A DNA stretch of 64,000 bases from Sedimentisphaerales bacterium. GTDB lineage: Bacteria; Planctomycetota; Phycisphaerae; Sedimentisphaerales; Anaerobacaceae. The notes beneath the pieces were generated by a model. It had not been told where the DNA came from, made no database searches, and saw only the letters and a program-made list of their open reading frames with translations. Shown piece by piece: positions 63,761 through 64,000 of the stretch (within the stretch, counting starts at the first letter, position 1; each line of letters starts with the position of its first letter). The translations under genes and the position numbers were made by a program. The stretch lies in NCBI GenBank assembly GCA_963708075.1, contig OY970194.1, positions 4,608,001-4,672,000 of the forward strand. Direction: 5' to 3'.

Positions 63761-64000
63761 GCGTATCGGCGCACGAATCACAAGAATCTGCACGTGCGAG
63801 GATATAAGGAGGAAGGGACGACGACGACACCCTTTGACATGGTCGTGCGCAACGAGCTGGACCGATACCATCTCGTGCGGGACGTGGTCGATCGCGTCCC
63901 GAAGCTCGGGTACATGGCCGCCTGCGTCCGCCAGGCCATGCGCCACAAGCTCATCGACCACAAGCGCTACATCACCGAGCACGGCGAGGACATGCCGGAA
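63761..64000 (+). pseudogene. C-terminal fragment of phosphoketolase (Xfp family)
   Basis: Translates to [45 protein letters not shown]; no room for the N-terminal portion upstream; runs off the window. Confidence 0.85.

Overview
GC-rich bacterial chromosomal segment, most likely a Planctomycetota (Phycisphaerae/Sedimentisphaerales-like) genome or MAG. This assignment is inferred from seven prepilin-type H-X9-DG paralogs, a CotH/lamin-tail protein, an S55 peptidase + beta-propeller pair and DPN/DAN/EPN linker motifs. Housekeeping and metabolic genes include two tandem ilvB, ilvN, a Dus enzyme, cydAB, an RluA/RluD synthase, fumarate hydratase alpha, sialidase, GH28, a YdjC deacetylase and a CinA-like protein. 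They are mixed with a dense mobilome: IS30, IS1182-like and IS3 elements with resolvable ends, three REP-associated tyrosine transposases (RAYT) and at least five REP/REPIN families. Toxin-antitoxin and defence-like genes include BrnTA, ABC-ATPase + TOPRIM-like, HEPN and HNH-AP2. Several single-base frameshifts look like long-read assembly indels. The best candidates for undescribed biology are: (1) a ~180-260 nt structured element with its own sigma70-like promoter and covarying core, present three times (inside IS30, free-standing, and as the target of IS1182); (2) a conserved switchable leader upstream of both ilvB copies; (3) a RAYT with its dispersed cognate REPINs and nested shell/cargo repeats. 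No CRISPR array, tRNA or rRNA was seen.
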